Assembly (NCBI GenBank): GCA_951406725.2
Contig: OX597814.1
Location: forward strand, 147,002,001-147,066,000
DNA: 64,000 bases
Origin: Octopus vulgaris
Lineage: Eukaryota
Direction: 5' to 3'
Positions 1 to 12,879 of the stretch are shown one piece after another. The notes beneath the pieces are model-generated. The model was not told where the DNA came from. It did no database searches and saw only the letters and a program-made list of their open reading frames with translations. Position 1 is the stretch's first letter; each line of letters starts with the position of its first letter. The translations under genes and the position numbers were made by a program.

Positions 1-1059
1 AAACTGCAATTTTTGACTGCACGCGTTAGAGTATTAATATACGTCACTTCATGTACTGATTTAATCGAAGTAAAATAAGAACCAATCACACATTTCAATC
101 AACGTGAGGAGGCATTATTCAAAATTTGAATAATATTTTAGCTGTACAATTTTTTTTTCAGAATGTAGTTATAAATGTTATTCCTTTCTGAATTATTAGT
201 TTCATATTTTGTATAACTTCACAAATGCTAATTTACTCACTCTATATATAACTAATAATTCATCACATTATTTCGAAAGAGCTTTTATCAGTAGAACGCA
301 CGCACAGGAATTAAACGGAAATAATTTCCTAAGTTATGTTGTAACGTTTTCACATAGAGAAGTATAAATCACGAGATCTGTATTTTAACCACATATTGAT
401 GAGAAACATTTCTTTATATAGGGAGCATTGCACAACGCATCTGTACGCTGATGTAGTAAGCGAAATTGAAATACGGGTATTCAATTCTTTATTAGTTTTC
501 ATTCAATACTCCATTTTACTGTCACTAGTTCAATTTTCTTTTGCACGTCACAATTTGAACATTTTGAAAAGCTTTTATTCTAAAAAAAGAGAAAATTCCA
601 CAGCCGAACCAGCGCATACTGTAAATCATCCTCTGGACGTTAGTGATCCGCGTAATAGGCATTTCCGACACCACAGTATCTTTAAACTTACCTCGGATTT
701 TTCATGATATATTTCCTGCAAATTTCTTTTGATATTGCAGATTTACTAAATGCCATCTGCTCAATTTTGAAATAGATTGTATTTTATGTAGTGAGCATCT
801 CTATTATTGAAAACAAAGGAATGAACATTGAACAGTATTTTTGTTACTCACCATTAATACATTACTTCGGCACTAAACAAAAAATTGATAGTAGTTAAGG
901 AAATAGTATTAGGCTGCATTTGCACGCGTCTTAAAAAATTCTGCAAATGAAAATAAAGTTATGATTTCAGATCATATATAATTTATACGCTATTCCCAGA
1001 ATCCGCTGAATATAAACAGTAATACAGAAGAATAGAATATTGTAAATCCCTTTCTTCAG

Positions 1060-1223
1060 ACACTGGTTACTTGGACGCAAATACCTCTCATCAATACTCA
1101 TTGATAACTTGTGGCGCAGCCGTACTCTTCACCGGTGTTTTTTGTTCAGTATTTGCTGTTGTCACTCCATTACTGTGTCTGTCAAACGCAGTTCGGATTT
1201 CTCTACAAGCACCCCTTCGCTGA
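1060..1223 (+). CDS. Candidate exon of an unidentified gene (possible hydrophobic C-terminal exon)
   Basis: Acceptor ccctttcttcag at 1059, locally higher GC, gtaaga donor-like site at 1224. Phase-1 reading TGYLDANTSHQYSLITCGAAVLFTGVFCSVFAVVTPLLCLSNAVRISLQAPLR* has a TM-like stretch, but the phase-2 frame is also open. No homology recognised. Confidence 0.25.
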
Positions 1224-1859
1224 GTAAGACCCATTCTAAATATGACGAAAATATTTGAAGGATACGATTCAGGCATTATTGACAAGCTGATACACGAGAT
1301 GCTCCATATAAATTCGTCACCATTGCACGGAAATTGTTGGAACCAATACATACCTTGTCTTTTCTCAACACCAGTTTATACATATTTGTGATTAAACCAC
1401 TCCTACAATAAAATTGATATTCTTAAATTACGCCGACCTAAATGCTATCTATTTGCCGTATAGTTATTGCTTTAAGTGAATTTAGATAATACGATTATTT
1501 TTAATAGAAATTATAAAACTTTATAATATAATATGTTACAATATGTAATTAAAGTATATGCTTAATACTTTATACATAAATGAAAGAGTAAATTTACATT
1601 ATTTCGTCGTTCAAAATAAATGAGGATAATATATATAAACGTATAGTAAAACAGTGGAATCTAAGCAATATAGTTATTTTCTGAGCAAATGATAATAGAC
1701 AACATTCAAGAAGACGAATAAATTGATAAGGGAAAACAGCAATTTTTCCATTTTAAGAGTTTTGCTTCCCTTTCTCCTTCATAATATTGTATCTCTAATA
1801 AATTTATTTTTTTAGCTGCGCAAGAAGAATTATATCAGGTTTCCTTATATATGTATATA

Positions 1860-2118
1860 TCTCTTATATAAAATCCGTTCTGTTTGTCTGTCTGTATGTG
1901 TGTCTTCTCGGATCTCGAGCATTCTCCATCCGATTGCGTTCATATTTGATATGTAGATACCGAAGGTATGAGGACGTGTATAAGTCTTGAAAAAATTCCA
2001 GGTGAGAATCTGATCGATAAAGCCGTTTTTGTCCTGCTTTTCTTCCGTCAACCTATACATAACTGCACCTTCCATTTTTTGTTTTTTTAAAGCCAACTGT
2101 GAGAATAAACACATTTGA

Positions 2119-2176
<58 letters not shown>

Positions 2177-2320
2177 TCAAATGTGTTTATTCTCAGAGTT
2201 GGCTTTAAAACTGTAGCAAGTGATATGATAGATCCGCGCTGCAATGAATTCCTCGTATTGAAGGCTATCGAAAAAGAACTTTGAACATTACGTATGTATA
2301 ATGCATCTACGGGTAGTAGG
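1860..2320 (+). mobile_element. Non-autonomous Helitron/DINE-like fragment
   Basis: Begins A|TC followed by tatataaaa, a (ctgt)n stretch and ccgatt...atttg, the usual layout of invertebrate non-autonomous Helitron-type elements. The 3' end (acgggtagtag) is degenerate. Confidence 0.4.
2085..2210. repeat. 126-bp near-perfect palindrome with (TA)n centre
   Basis: ttttaaagccaactgtgagaataaacacatttgact-(TA)n-agtcaaatgtgtttattctcagagttggctttaaaa; one mismatch between the arms. Confidence 0.97.
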
Positions 2321-3285
2321 ATATAGATATGTCATCCAAATCTCATAGGTACGACACACCTACCTCAAAAATGGTGGTTTATCGAGTCATATCAGCAATC
2401 TCTAATAAGATTCAGGTTATAGTATGGAAGCAGGAAAGTAAAGAGAATGGTGTTCTGTTAAAGACTCAGGTCTAACGCAATCGCTCTAAGAAAGCAACCA
2501 GCAACTATTCCTCACAACCGTAGGCAGTGTCATTGACAGTCCGTTTCAAAACTCTTCTTCACAACCCTAGGTAGTGCCGCATCAAAACTGAAATCCACTC
2601 AGTCAAGTCTGTCGATTACGTTTAGAAGCAAATCAACATCAGTAATAATCATTCAAATGAAAGGGAATTAGACATGAGTTATTCAAAGTGTGTATACGAT
2701 CATCAGCAATGAAGCTCTATGACAAAAACTGGATCCAGTTAAATATGGTATTTAGAAATTTCAGAATCACATCCTGAGTATCGAGTGTATGTGTTATGAA
2801 ATGTAATCTTGAAAAACTTTGAATTACTTTAAACGAAGTCTCAATATTTCCAAAATATTTCATTAGATTTTTAATATTATTTGTATGTGTTTGAAATCTA
2901 TATCTGGAGTATTCAAGTACTTTAGAATGTAAGCTATTTATTAAAGCTTATTTCCTCTGGTGAAAGGCAACAGTGCTAGATAGCTAATTGTGATTTTGAT
3001 GTTAACTTTTTGTTCAATATGTCTTTTAATTTTCTTTTCTTTTTTAAATTTGAGCTAATTTATAACCCATGTTTTTATCCTGATCATCATAGTCACTCAT
3101 CTCCATCTTTCTCACCATCAGAATCATCATATTTCTTACTTTTCTTCTTGATTCTTATGTTTAATTCATAGTACTTCGTTGAGATTATTCTAAAAATTAA
3201 TATTTATCCTTTAACATTCTTGAGTTAAATTGAATAAATATTTAATATTTATTCAATTATAAACTGTTTTATTTCACAAGAGCAA

Positions 3286-3463
3286 GTCGCAATTATTGTG
3301 ACACTCTTAATTATTTTATTTGTGTGGCAATTACTGTGACAATATTAATTAACTTTTACCGATTCTTATTTCAGATACTCATTACTCATTCCAATTTCGT
3401 TTTATTTGTGCGGTAATTATTGTGACAATCTTAATTAACAATTCACCGATTCTCATTTCAGTT
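3286..3463 (+). repeat. Local imperfect tandem duplication
   Basis: Two copies of ttttatttgtg(t/c)gg(c/t)aatta(c/t)tgtgacaat(a/c)ttaattaac...accgattct(t/c)atttcag plus a partial third copy upstream. Confidence 0.8.
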
Positions 3464-4808
3464 ATGTGATTTCTCTCATGTGTATTTATTAGGAATATCG
3501 CTTGATGGTATGAACGGATGCGAGTTTCCTTCCTACAAGCAAGCATTCCGATACTTCTAAAATCTTCATGATCATAAAAAATATTACAAAACATGACGCT
3601 CCCAGGAACTCATTTTGTGAAAGGATGTTCATCATAAAAAAACAGCTCACAACACAATCACCATATCACACGCTTCAGCAAACTAGAAAATGTTTTCGGA
3701 AAGCGCACTATTTTAAAATGCATGCATAAGCGATAGCCATTAAAAAATAAAGAAAAAATAATAATGTATTTGAGGCCCCGTCGTTTTTTTGATATCACCA
3801 ACACGGATACTGAGATGTTCCTTGATTATTGAGTGAATTGCGAGTTTCTTTAACAGAAACACCATAAAGAACTATCAAATTCAAATAGAGTTTTAAGTTA
3901 AATACTGTATAAAAATTCGAGTGAAAGAATAAGGAAACGAACTGTTAAACTGAAAACTATGATGGGATAATGTAGTTTTCATGCTATAAAAAAGCTTAGC
4001 AGATCAGGTGCGAGTTTTAAGGAATACCCATGTGAATTGCATATCACGAGAATATATCGGCTATTGATTCATTCTTGTATTTTGCTTCCAAATCACATCT
4101 GTCACTGGTATCGCGAAAACATTGTCAAGGACAGAAAATACAAACGCAATCTTATAAAATCTGAAATATTATGGAGCGACTGATCGAGTAAAGGATACGT
4201 GATTCGGCAACAACTCCTGCTAATGTGGTTACTATCCATACGCTATAGTGGATGTTATCACAGATAAGAACATGCAACAACCAGGTACAATACTCTTGAT
4301 ACCGAACGATTTTTGTAACATTCCTATCTACAGAGTCAAGTGATTTAGACATTTTGCTTTTGAAAACCATTCGTAGATATTTGTTTTGCTTTGACCGACT
4401 ATCTACGGTTGCTTGTCCCTTAGGAACGAGGAATTCGAGTTTGTTTTGTTACTTTCCTGTTCTTGTGCAAATGAAAGCATATATATTTTGTGTATAAAAG
4501 ATTTAGAGAATAACGATTCTATTTTTCATGTCCACGTAAGATACTAAGACAGGATGCCGTCTACTCATTGTTGTACCAGCCGGAGAAGTTAATGGGTTTA
4601 ATGACTTTATATGACCTTGCTTCGATTGGAGTATTTGCAGAATATTCGGTGCAGTACGTGAGAATTTTCCGACAGGGCGCGGTAAGTAATGGAATAGAAA
4701 ATAGTACAGTTGCGACATAACGGTTACCAATAAGTTCCGTATTTTCGACGTCAAATTCTGTATGAATGAAATTTTGGGTTATTGTCTCCACTATTACAAT
4801 AATGTACA

Positions 4809-4990
4809 GGCGGTGAGCTGACAGAATCCTTACCGTGCCGGGAAAATGTTTAGTGTCATTCCTCTCAACATTAAGTTCTGAGGTCGAATGTCCCCGGGCC
4901 CTATTTTTATCTCATTCTTTCGGGGTTTATAGAATCTGTACCGGTCGAGAAATTGAATTTGCTGGCCTTGTGCCAAAATTTTAAATCAAT
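4809..4990 (+). mobile_element. SINE family B, degenerate variant
   Basis: Head ggcggtgagctgacagaatc...aagttctgag and central ttctttcggggt are similar to the copies at 15296 and 48851; flanked by tattacaat on both sides. Confidence 0.7.
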
Positions 4991-5606
4991 ATTACAATCG
5001 TGTATCTGGTCAAGAAAGTAGATGGTAAATCATTAGGCAAAAGCGAACAGCTAAAACTACTAATAGAAAGCAATTATTAAATGGTTGACCGTCTGGAAAA
5101 ATTTTTATAAATTCATGTCCTAAGAAATTTCCTGTGGTTTCTATTTCTCAAGTAAATTGAGTTCTTTAACCCCAATTTCTTGCAAATTTGAATATTCACT
5201 GCGTCCAATTAATTATAAATTTAAATACCCATTGCATTCACTGCGGAGTATTCCATTTTCATTTGCAAAGTCTCTCACATTCTCTTTGAAAATTAAATCC
5301 AAAATATACCTGTTTAATTTTTGAACGCAGGATATCCATGAGAAGAGCCTAGAAAGTTAAGTAATTACTATTAGAAAACGAGGAGAAAAAAAACAAAGTT
5401 ACCGACTAGTACTCGAAACTAGCACTTTGTTCACAGTTTCCAAACACAATTTCAACAGTGACTCACACATACACACACACACACACTCGCACACACAACA
5501 GTACACACTTGCGCACACACAGATACATATACACACACATGAAAGGCAATTAATATGTGTATGTGTGTGTATGTGTGTGTGCGTGCGTGCGTGTGCGCGT
5601 GTGTGT

Positions 5607-6046
5607 GCTGTTACCTGAAAAACCTTCGTGCTGCATTAGTTTTGTGAAATTTTATATGTGAGCAAATCGCGGTTTCAAAACGACGAAAATATTTTGACAG
5701 AAATGAAGTTTTAATGTTGTGTGTTTACAAGCATCTTCCATAACAGAGTTTTAAAAACTTTTTAATACAAAGATTCCCACCACAACCACATTATTTCGAA
5801 GGCTGTGGTTTTAAAAAAATGGGGAAAATCCCCGTAAACATTTTCCCCAGAAATTCCTTTATAATCTATACCGTTTGAAAGAGATTTGTATAATTAAAAG
5901 ATACCCAGCCTCCTGAAAGTTATGAGGTGAAAAATGTCAGATCATGTGAATTTTCTGAAACTCCTCTCTCCAACCACTCGTAAAATTACTTTCCCATAAA
6001 TCCCTATATACACTGAAACCACAATATCTAAGTGGTATATGTAGAT
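5607..6046 (-). mobile_element. Possible non-autonomous Helitron-like element
   Basis: Plus-strand ends gctgttacc...cttcg and tatatgtagat resemble the reverse-complemented Helitron 3' (hairpin/CTAG) and 5' (A|TC) ends. Confidence 0.35.
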
Positions 6047-6661
6047 AATTTTGTTAAAAAGTATTCATTTTTCTGGATGTTATCAGCCAACAAATTCGGA
6101 GGCGTGTACATCTGTAGTAATGCCCTTTTATTTATACGACTTTTTGCGTTTCATGTTTATTTCCTTAATTGCTAGCATTGTTCTCTCTTTCTCTCTCTCT
6201 TTCTCTCTCACCCATACATACACAAACACACTGCACATCTTACAGATGGGCTGCTGAATTGAAATATCTATGTTGCTTTGTGTGGAAGGTAAAATTCGGC
6301 AAACTGCTTATCCCTCTGTTGTTGGATTACCGTGATGTTTGCTTAAAATCAAAGAGATTATGACAGCGATAAAATAATGAAAGTGCTATTTACTAATCAA
6401 CTGAGCACTATTATATAAATAAATAACTAAACGTAAAATATTAAAAATATTAGAAATTGGATTCAAATGTGAAATGGAGGACGGTCTTCCTGTTAGTATA
6501 TACAATGAAGTAATATATACATCTGGATGCAATATAATGCCATACAGGAAAATTCAATCGTCACTAAATGCGACACAGAGTGAGTAGACACCCGCATTGC
6601 AAGAAATAGCAGTAAAATATTCGCTATGCTCCAGGAAGAGTGCAAATTCATACGCATACGC

Positions 6662-6714
<53 letters not shown>

Positions 6715-7335
6715 TGTATGTATTGAATGTATGTATGTGCCTGTACATGTGCATTTATATGTGCGTGTGTAAACATGTTTAAAGGAGTTTATTAATCGTG
6801 AGAGGGGAAAGGAGAGATTATCTTCATTGTAAACAAAAACATAAGGATATAATTCAAATTTACAAGAAGCAGGAGTGGAAATATTTACAAATAAATAAAG
6901 GAAATAAAATACAATATAGAGAAAGAAAGCAAGGAAGATAATGTGCAGAATTCACAACCGTTTTTTCGAAATAAAACCCAGCTAAATCAATTTGCTTGCT
7001 AAAATAAACCAGATAATTGTATTTATTGTTTTCAGTAATTTTGATTCTTAATTTAATTTTTTTATCGACTCTTGAAAACTTTATTTTCCTATTTTTTCAA
7101 ATAGTATTTCATTTTGTCTCATTGATTTTTTTAAAATTTGGATTTGCTGAATTCTTTCATTCCATGTTCACATTAAATTTTGTTTGTAGGGCATTGTTTT
7201 ACTGATACATTTAAATTGACTGAAAGTAAAATGTTTATCGGTCGTACGACGAAGACAAAATGCATGCTTATCAGTCATACGTTACAAGAAAGAAAAGCTT
7301 GTCATTAATATTGCTTAATCCCACTTTAGTCCAAT

Positions 7336-7368
<33 letters not shown>

Positions 7369-7780
7369 TTCCTCCTCCTCTTCTTCTTCTTCTTCTTCTT
7401 CTTCTTCTTCTTCTTCTTCTTCTTCTTCTTCTTCTTCTTTCTTCTTCTTCTTCTTCTTCTACTTCCTCAAAAATATCAACACTTTGTTCGTCATCACCAT
7501 CGTCGTCGTCATCATCATCGTCATCATCATTTTGACAAGAAACAATCATAGATGTCACCTACCACAAGTAAAACAAACCATCGTTACTAGTGTTCCCTTC
7601 GTTCCCACCGCCACCGCCACAATGATACCGACTTCCCCATGACCATGGACGTTATCATCATCATCCCCTTCTTCTTCTTCTTCTTCTTCTTCTTCTTCTT
7701 CTTCTTCTTCTTCTTTTTCTTCTCCTCCGCATCCTCCTTCTTCTTCTTCTCCTTCTTACTCTGCTTCTTCTTCCTCTTCT

Positions 7781-7812
<32 letters not shown>

Positions 7813-7975
7813 TTCTTCTTCCTTTTCTTCTTCTTCTTCTTCTTCTTTCTATTGTTGTTGTTGTTCTTCTTCTTTCTATTGTTGTTGTTGTTGTTTTTCT
7901 TCTTTCTCTTGTTGTTGTTGCTGTTGTTGTTGTTGTTCTTCTTCTTCTTCTTCTTCTTCTTGTAGTTGTTATTAT
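7336..7975. repeat. Compound trinucleotide microsatellite (CAT/CCT/CTT/GTT)
   Basis: Directly visible; accounts for the homopolymeric ORFs in the track. Confidence 0.97.
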
Positions 7976-8229
7976 TCTTACAAAGAGTGTGTTACTTCAT
8001 CTTCTTTTCTATAAGCCGGGCTATTTGGGTTATTGGTTGAATATCAAGAGACTCATGTATAGTGGGTATGTTGTGTGTGAAAACGGTTTTATCTGAGTTG
8101 TTCTATTCAATCGTGAGTTACTCGGTTGAATTGTTACTGTATATTATTATTATTATTATTATTATTATTATGATTATTATTATTATTATTATTATTATTA
8201 TCATTATTATTATTATTATTATTATTATT

Positions 8230-8783
8230 GAGTGAGAGAGCAGTACATGCCATAAAAGTGACACGGGTAAAAAATATACGAAACCCAGTATACACGTCAT
8301 TACTACACGTCTGATAAGGGTACACCAAGCATATGCATCACAACCATATGTGCACGATGCGGTGATCTCATATCAAGATAATCATCACATGACCTTGCAG
8401 GTGGGGCCCAGTTAGAATTTTCTTCATGAGGAGTAGCCCAAACCGGTCAAAAGGCCCCTGAATAAATATTGTTTAAGGATACTGAATAAAACACTCATGT
8501 TTCCAATGGTGAATTATCTAAACCCCAAAGAATTCCTTTCAACACATGGCTATGATGTCCCTCGACTACTTCAGTTCGTGGTCAGAGATACACATATTGT
8601 TAGCCACTAAGGGAAATGCTCATCCGGTTACGGTCAAACGACTGACAAGCAAATCTGTGGTATTGAGCAGAATATTTGCTGTAGTCCATCTGTTATACCA
8701 AGGCAAAGCAATGTACATTACATTTCCAATCAGTTATGATTAGAAGCCATGAGAGCCACTGCCCGTTACTGCATTGGGGCATT
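8230..8783 (-). mobile_element. Non-coding ~550-bp microsatellite-embedded retroelement, copy 1 (longest)
   Basis: Colinear with 9665-10183 and with the reverse complement of 36600-36830. Minus-strand 3' end ...gctctctcactc runs into (AAT)n; both flanks are trinucleotide arrays. Confidence 0.85.
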
Positions 8784-8787
8784 TCTT

Positions 8788-8936
<149 letters not shown>

Positions 8937-8946
8937 GTTTATTATT

Positions 8947-9570
8947 GTTCCTTCGTAACACAGTGTAGGGAAAAACGCACCGGAGTATCTTGACATCTGT
9001 CAAGTCACAACAAGGACCTTAGACAGCTAATACTTTCCTTAAGATGTGCTGTGTACCCAATAAGGCTGCGTTTTGCAAGACATCAATCTTGCATGGGATT
9101 TCCAGGTGTCTTAAGAAGTCTTGAAGTTTCAATGGGATTGAGCCCAACGCTTCGAAAACCACTGGTATCATTCTGACATTACCTTCTTGCATTCCATAGA
9201 GTCTTGCCATTTCCACTTTTAGTTCGAAGTACCTGGTAGTTTTTTCAACCTCTTTACTCACAGCATTCATGTCATTTGGTATGGCTACATCAATTATCTG
9301 ACAGTATTTGTCTCACTTATTCAATATGACAATATCAGGCCGACGGTGTGCGATTACACGATCCTTCTGGAAATCATAGTCCCAGAGTATCCTTACTTTT
9401 TCATCTTCCTGCATAACTTTAGTTGGTACATGCTCATACAAGTTCCCTGTTACGTCATATTGTTATTTATTGCATAAGAGCCAATGAAGATGCACACACA
9501 CTTCATCGTGGCGGCGTTTGTATTTTTTTATGCAAGGCTCTCACATCCAGCGGGTCACAATTTCCACAAT
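8947..9570 (-). mobile_element. R4/Dong-type non-LTR retrotransposon, 5'-truncated (RLE domain and 3' UTR)
   Basis: Minus translation: KYKRRHDEVCVHLHW...KVRILWDYDFQKDRVIAHRRPDIVILNK...IIDVAIPND...ALLGTQHILRKVLAV*. These are the RHD, ILWD and PD..D motifs of RLE elements. Ends in a (TAA)n tail; contains in-frame stops. Confidence 0.92.
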
Positions 9571-9577
9571 CATCATT

Positions 9578-9634
<57 letters not shown>

Positions 9635-9664
9635 GTCCTCATCATCATCATAATCATCATCATT

Positions 9665-10180
9665 GGGTGAGAGAGCAGTGCATGCTATCAAAGTGAGGTA
9701 AAGTATACGAAGCCCAGTATACCCATCATGACTACCCGTCTGATAAGGGTTCAACAGGCACATGCATCACAACCATATGTGCGCGTCAAGGTGATCTCAT
9801 ATCAAGATAAACAACGCACGACTTTGCAGGTGGGGCCCAGTTAGAATTTTCTTCTGGTTGAGTAGCCCATCCCGCTCAAAAGGTCCCTGAATACGTATTG
9901 TGTAAGGATGTTGAACGAACAACCCATGTTTCCAATGGTGAATTATCCAAACCTCTAAGAATTCCTTTCAACACATGGCTATGATGCTCCCCCACTACTT
10001 CTGCTTGTCATCAGAGATACACATATCATCAGCCACCAAGGGACATGCTCAACAGGTTAAGGTCAAACAACTGATAATCAAATCTGTAGTATTAAGCAGA
10101 ATATTTGCCAAGACAAAACCAATTATACCAAGACAAAACAATGTACATGATAACACTTCCAGTCAGTTAAGATCAGAAGC

Positions 10181-10183
<3 letters not shown>
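9665..10183 (-). mobile_element. Non-coding microsatellite-embedded retroelement, copy 2
   Basis: Colinear with 8230-8750; slightly 5'-truncated; flanked by (CAT)n and (TTA)n on the plus strand. Confidence 0.85.
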
Positions 10184-10244
<61 letters not shown>

Positions 10245-10260
10245 GTTATTATTATTATTA

Positions 10261-10337
<77 letters not shown>

Positions 10338-11387
10338 GCTACAGATTGTTTGTCACACTTTATTCTTTGTTTCAGCATTCAGTCCTGCTAAAACATCCTT
10401 TTCTTTTCCTGTAATGGATTTATAAATGCGAAATATTTCAGATGATAGTTCGATGATAACAAATATTTTTTTGTAATTTAAAAATATATTAAAAACGGAT
10501 CATTTGATAGGATAAACATTATAATGCTTCATTACTTAAACGTGCATCGTTTCGTAGGCAGAATTAGTTCATGTGAATTTGAAAGGAACTTTATTCTTTT
10601 AACCATATGTTCCGTTAATTAAAGACTTAGAGACGATGTTAAACTAAATTAATAAATAATAGAATCTGATATATCTCCTAACGCAACTACTTGAAGGTGC
10701 CGCGTAAGATTTAATTTATTTTGGTTACAAATACTGAAAGCAAATTCTTCTAATCCTTTTCTTAATTGATATTTGAACTGTCTACAGTTTGATATGTAAA
10801 GCCACATAAATACTTAATCCTAAAACCCATAATGATTTTTTCCCCTTTTATGCAGTCAGAAATTAGTATTGACAAATTAATATATGGGATATTTAATATT
10901 ATTGTTTGCATTGCGCGACGGTTTGTGTTGCTATAATCTATTTCGCAAACCTTACACTGCCTAGCAACTAAATTAAGTATTCTCTACATTCCAGAAATAA
11001 CGGAGTGTCAGGGTTTATATTAAAATAAAGATTAGATTCGGTACACTCATTATCCACAATGCAATAGTTAAGTCTCCATCAACGTATACTTTTAGAAAAT
11101 CCAGCAGAATTCAATCAAAATATGGCACATAAATTAAAAATCGATAACAAATACTTGAAATAGTATTTTAATACGTTGAACAAAAGTGGAAAAATATACA
11201 TGTATACGCAGTTTCAAATATAATTCAATACTTATCTAATTAAAAATTTGGCGTTCTTGCCTTCATTCAAATCTTAAGATTTGAAAATAAAAATGTCATA
11301 GATAGTAGAAAACTACATATTGATACCTCGTTATATTTAACAGAGGTATGAAATTTGGATTCCTTAATGTTACATGATCAATAAACT

Positions 11388-11590
11388 GACCATAGGACTG
11401 CACCAACAAAGTTCCCCTCCGAGACACGAAATAGGGCAAGGTTGTTTGTAGAAGGCCAGCAGTCGCTCATGGACACCAGTGTTTCCTCTCCACAGCACCG
11501 ATGTTGTCCAAGGAAGGCAAGGACCGTTATAGCATGTCGCTAGTGATGTTGCAATACTTTTGTACAGCTGAGTGATCTGGAGACAAATGC
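11388..11590 (-). mobile_element. SINE 3' portion (probable RTE-type tail)
   Basis: Minus strand ...ggacaacatcggtgctgtggagagg...aacaaccttgccc...ctcggaggggaactttgttggtgcagtcctatggt, recognised from memory as a cephalopod SINE tail; GC-richer than the flanks. Confidence 0.5.
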
Positions 11591-12240
11591 ACTGCAGTTA
11601 CCGCGGAGAAAATATCTCTCTTATGGTAGAAAGTGTGTCGGACTATTATTATGAATAAGCTAACGGGAAATAAACATAGAGTTTCTATACTCGAATTCTT
11701 CATTATCTTTATTATCAACATACACACAGACACACACACACAGACACACACACACATACGCACACGCGCACACAAGCACACACATATATATGCTTATACA
11801 AAATCCATACCTCCATATGTACTTATGTACATACCAACATGTTTGTAGTGTTGTACTTAGATATATTTCAATGGATTCATCATATAAATGTTTTTCTTTC
11901 GCAACATTCACACAGCCAACCCTCTTGCCATGCATCTTTTTGAGATATGTAATGAAATCAGAACGAAATATATGATAGTGTTTGCCATATTTCAAAATAT
12001 GGAAGTGATACTGGTGCTGTGAGACATTCAATGGTTTGCACAGAATGAAACTTTTATTACCAAGGCATTAAGTCATACAAATTTATATACATTTCTATAT
12101 CATTTTAGTGTACATAGAGACTGTGATACTAAGTTGTGGCTACATACAGTTTGAAATGAGAAAGAGAAAGTTCGTAGCCAAAGTTATATTAGAAAACTGT
12201 CGGGAAGAGTGATTCACATTTCAATATATTATTTGAGACT

Positions 12241-12570
12241 ACGATGATGATGGTGATCATGATGATCATCATCATCATGACGGTGATAACGAAGACGACG
12301 ACATGATGTTTGTGATGGTGATGATGATGATAATACTGATGATAATGATGATGTTGATAACGATGATGGTGATGGTGATGACGACGACGGCTGCGACGAC
12401 GACGACAAGGATGCTCATGATGACGATGATTGAGAGGAGATGGAGGAGGAGGGGCAGACGATGATGATGAAGATGATGGTGAGGATGAGGATGGCGAAGA
12501 CGATGACGTCTGTGATGATGATAATAATGATGATGATGTATATGATAGGGGAAGGAAGATGAAGAATATG
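12241..12570. repeat. Degenerate (GAT/GAC/GAG)n array
   Basis: Directly visible. Confidence 0.9.
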
Positions 12571-12879
12571 ACAACAACGCCTGATAATTCCTTTAGTAAC
12601 AGAGTGTTTTATATGTAAATGAACTCTGTTCCGAGCGTTCGATCGCAAACATAGCTATAAAGGGAGTGACCTTTTGACCTTTTTGCTGATTGAAAGACAA
12701 GAAGTGGGTGAGGGAGAGAGGAATACTGTGTAAACTGAGGATTCTCGGCCTATTTTCGCAGAATATCTGTGGATCACTATCAATCAGCGAGAATTAAAAC
12801 GTGAAATGTACTGAAATAATTTATTAAATACCATTCTGTTACAACAACAATGGAAAATGTCAAACTAAATATCAATATC

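Noticed and set aside
396-707. 103-aa ORF
   Set aside because: Non-ATG start, AT-rich, no recognisable motif or splice context.
9990-10075. HDV-like ribozyme in the 550-bp element (minus strand atcagt...cat-gtcccttg-gtg-gctgat-ga)
   Set aside because: P1 and P3-like pairings can be drawn, but no convincing P2 or J4/2 catalytic strand, and the site is not at the element's 5' end. Needs a covariance search on the consensus.
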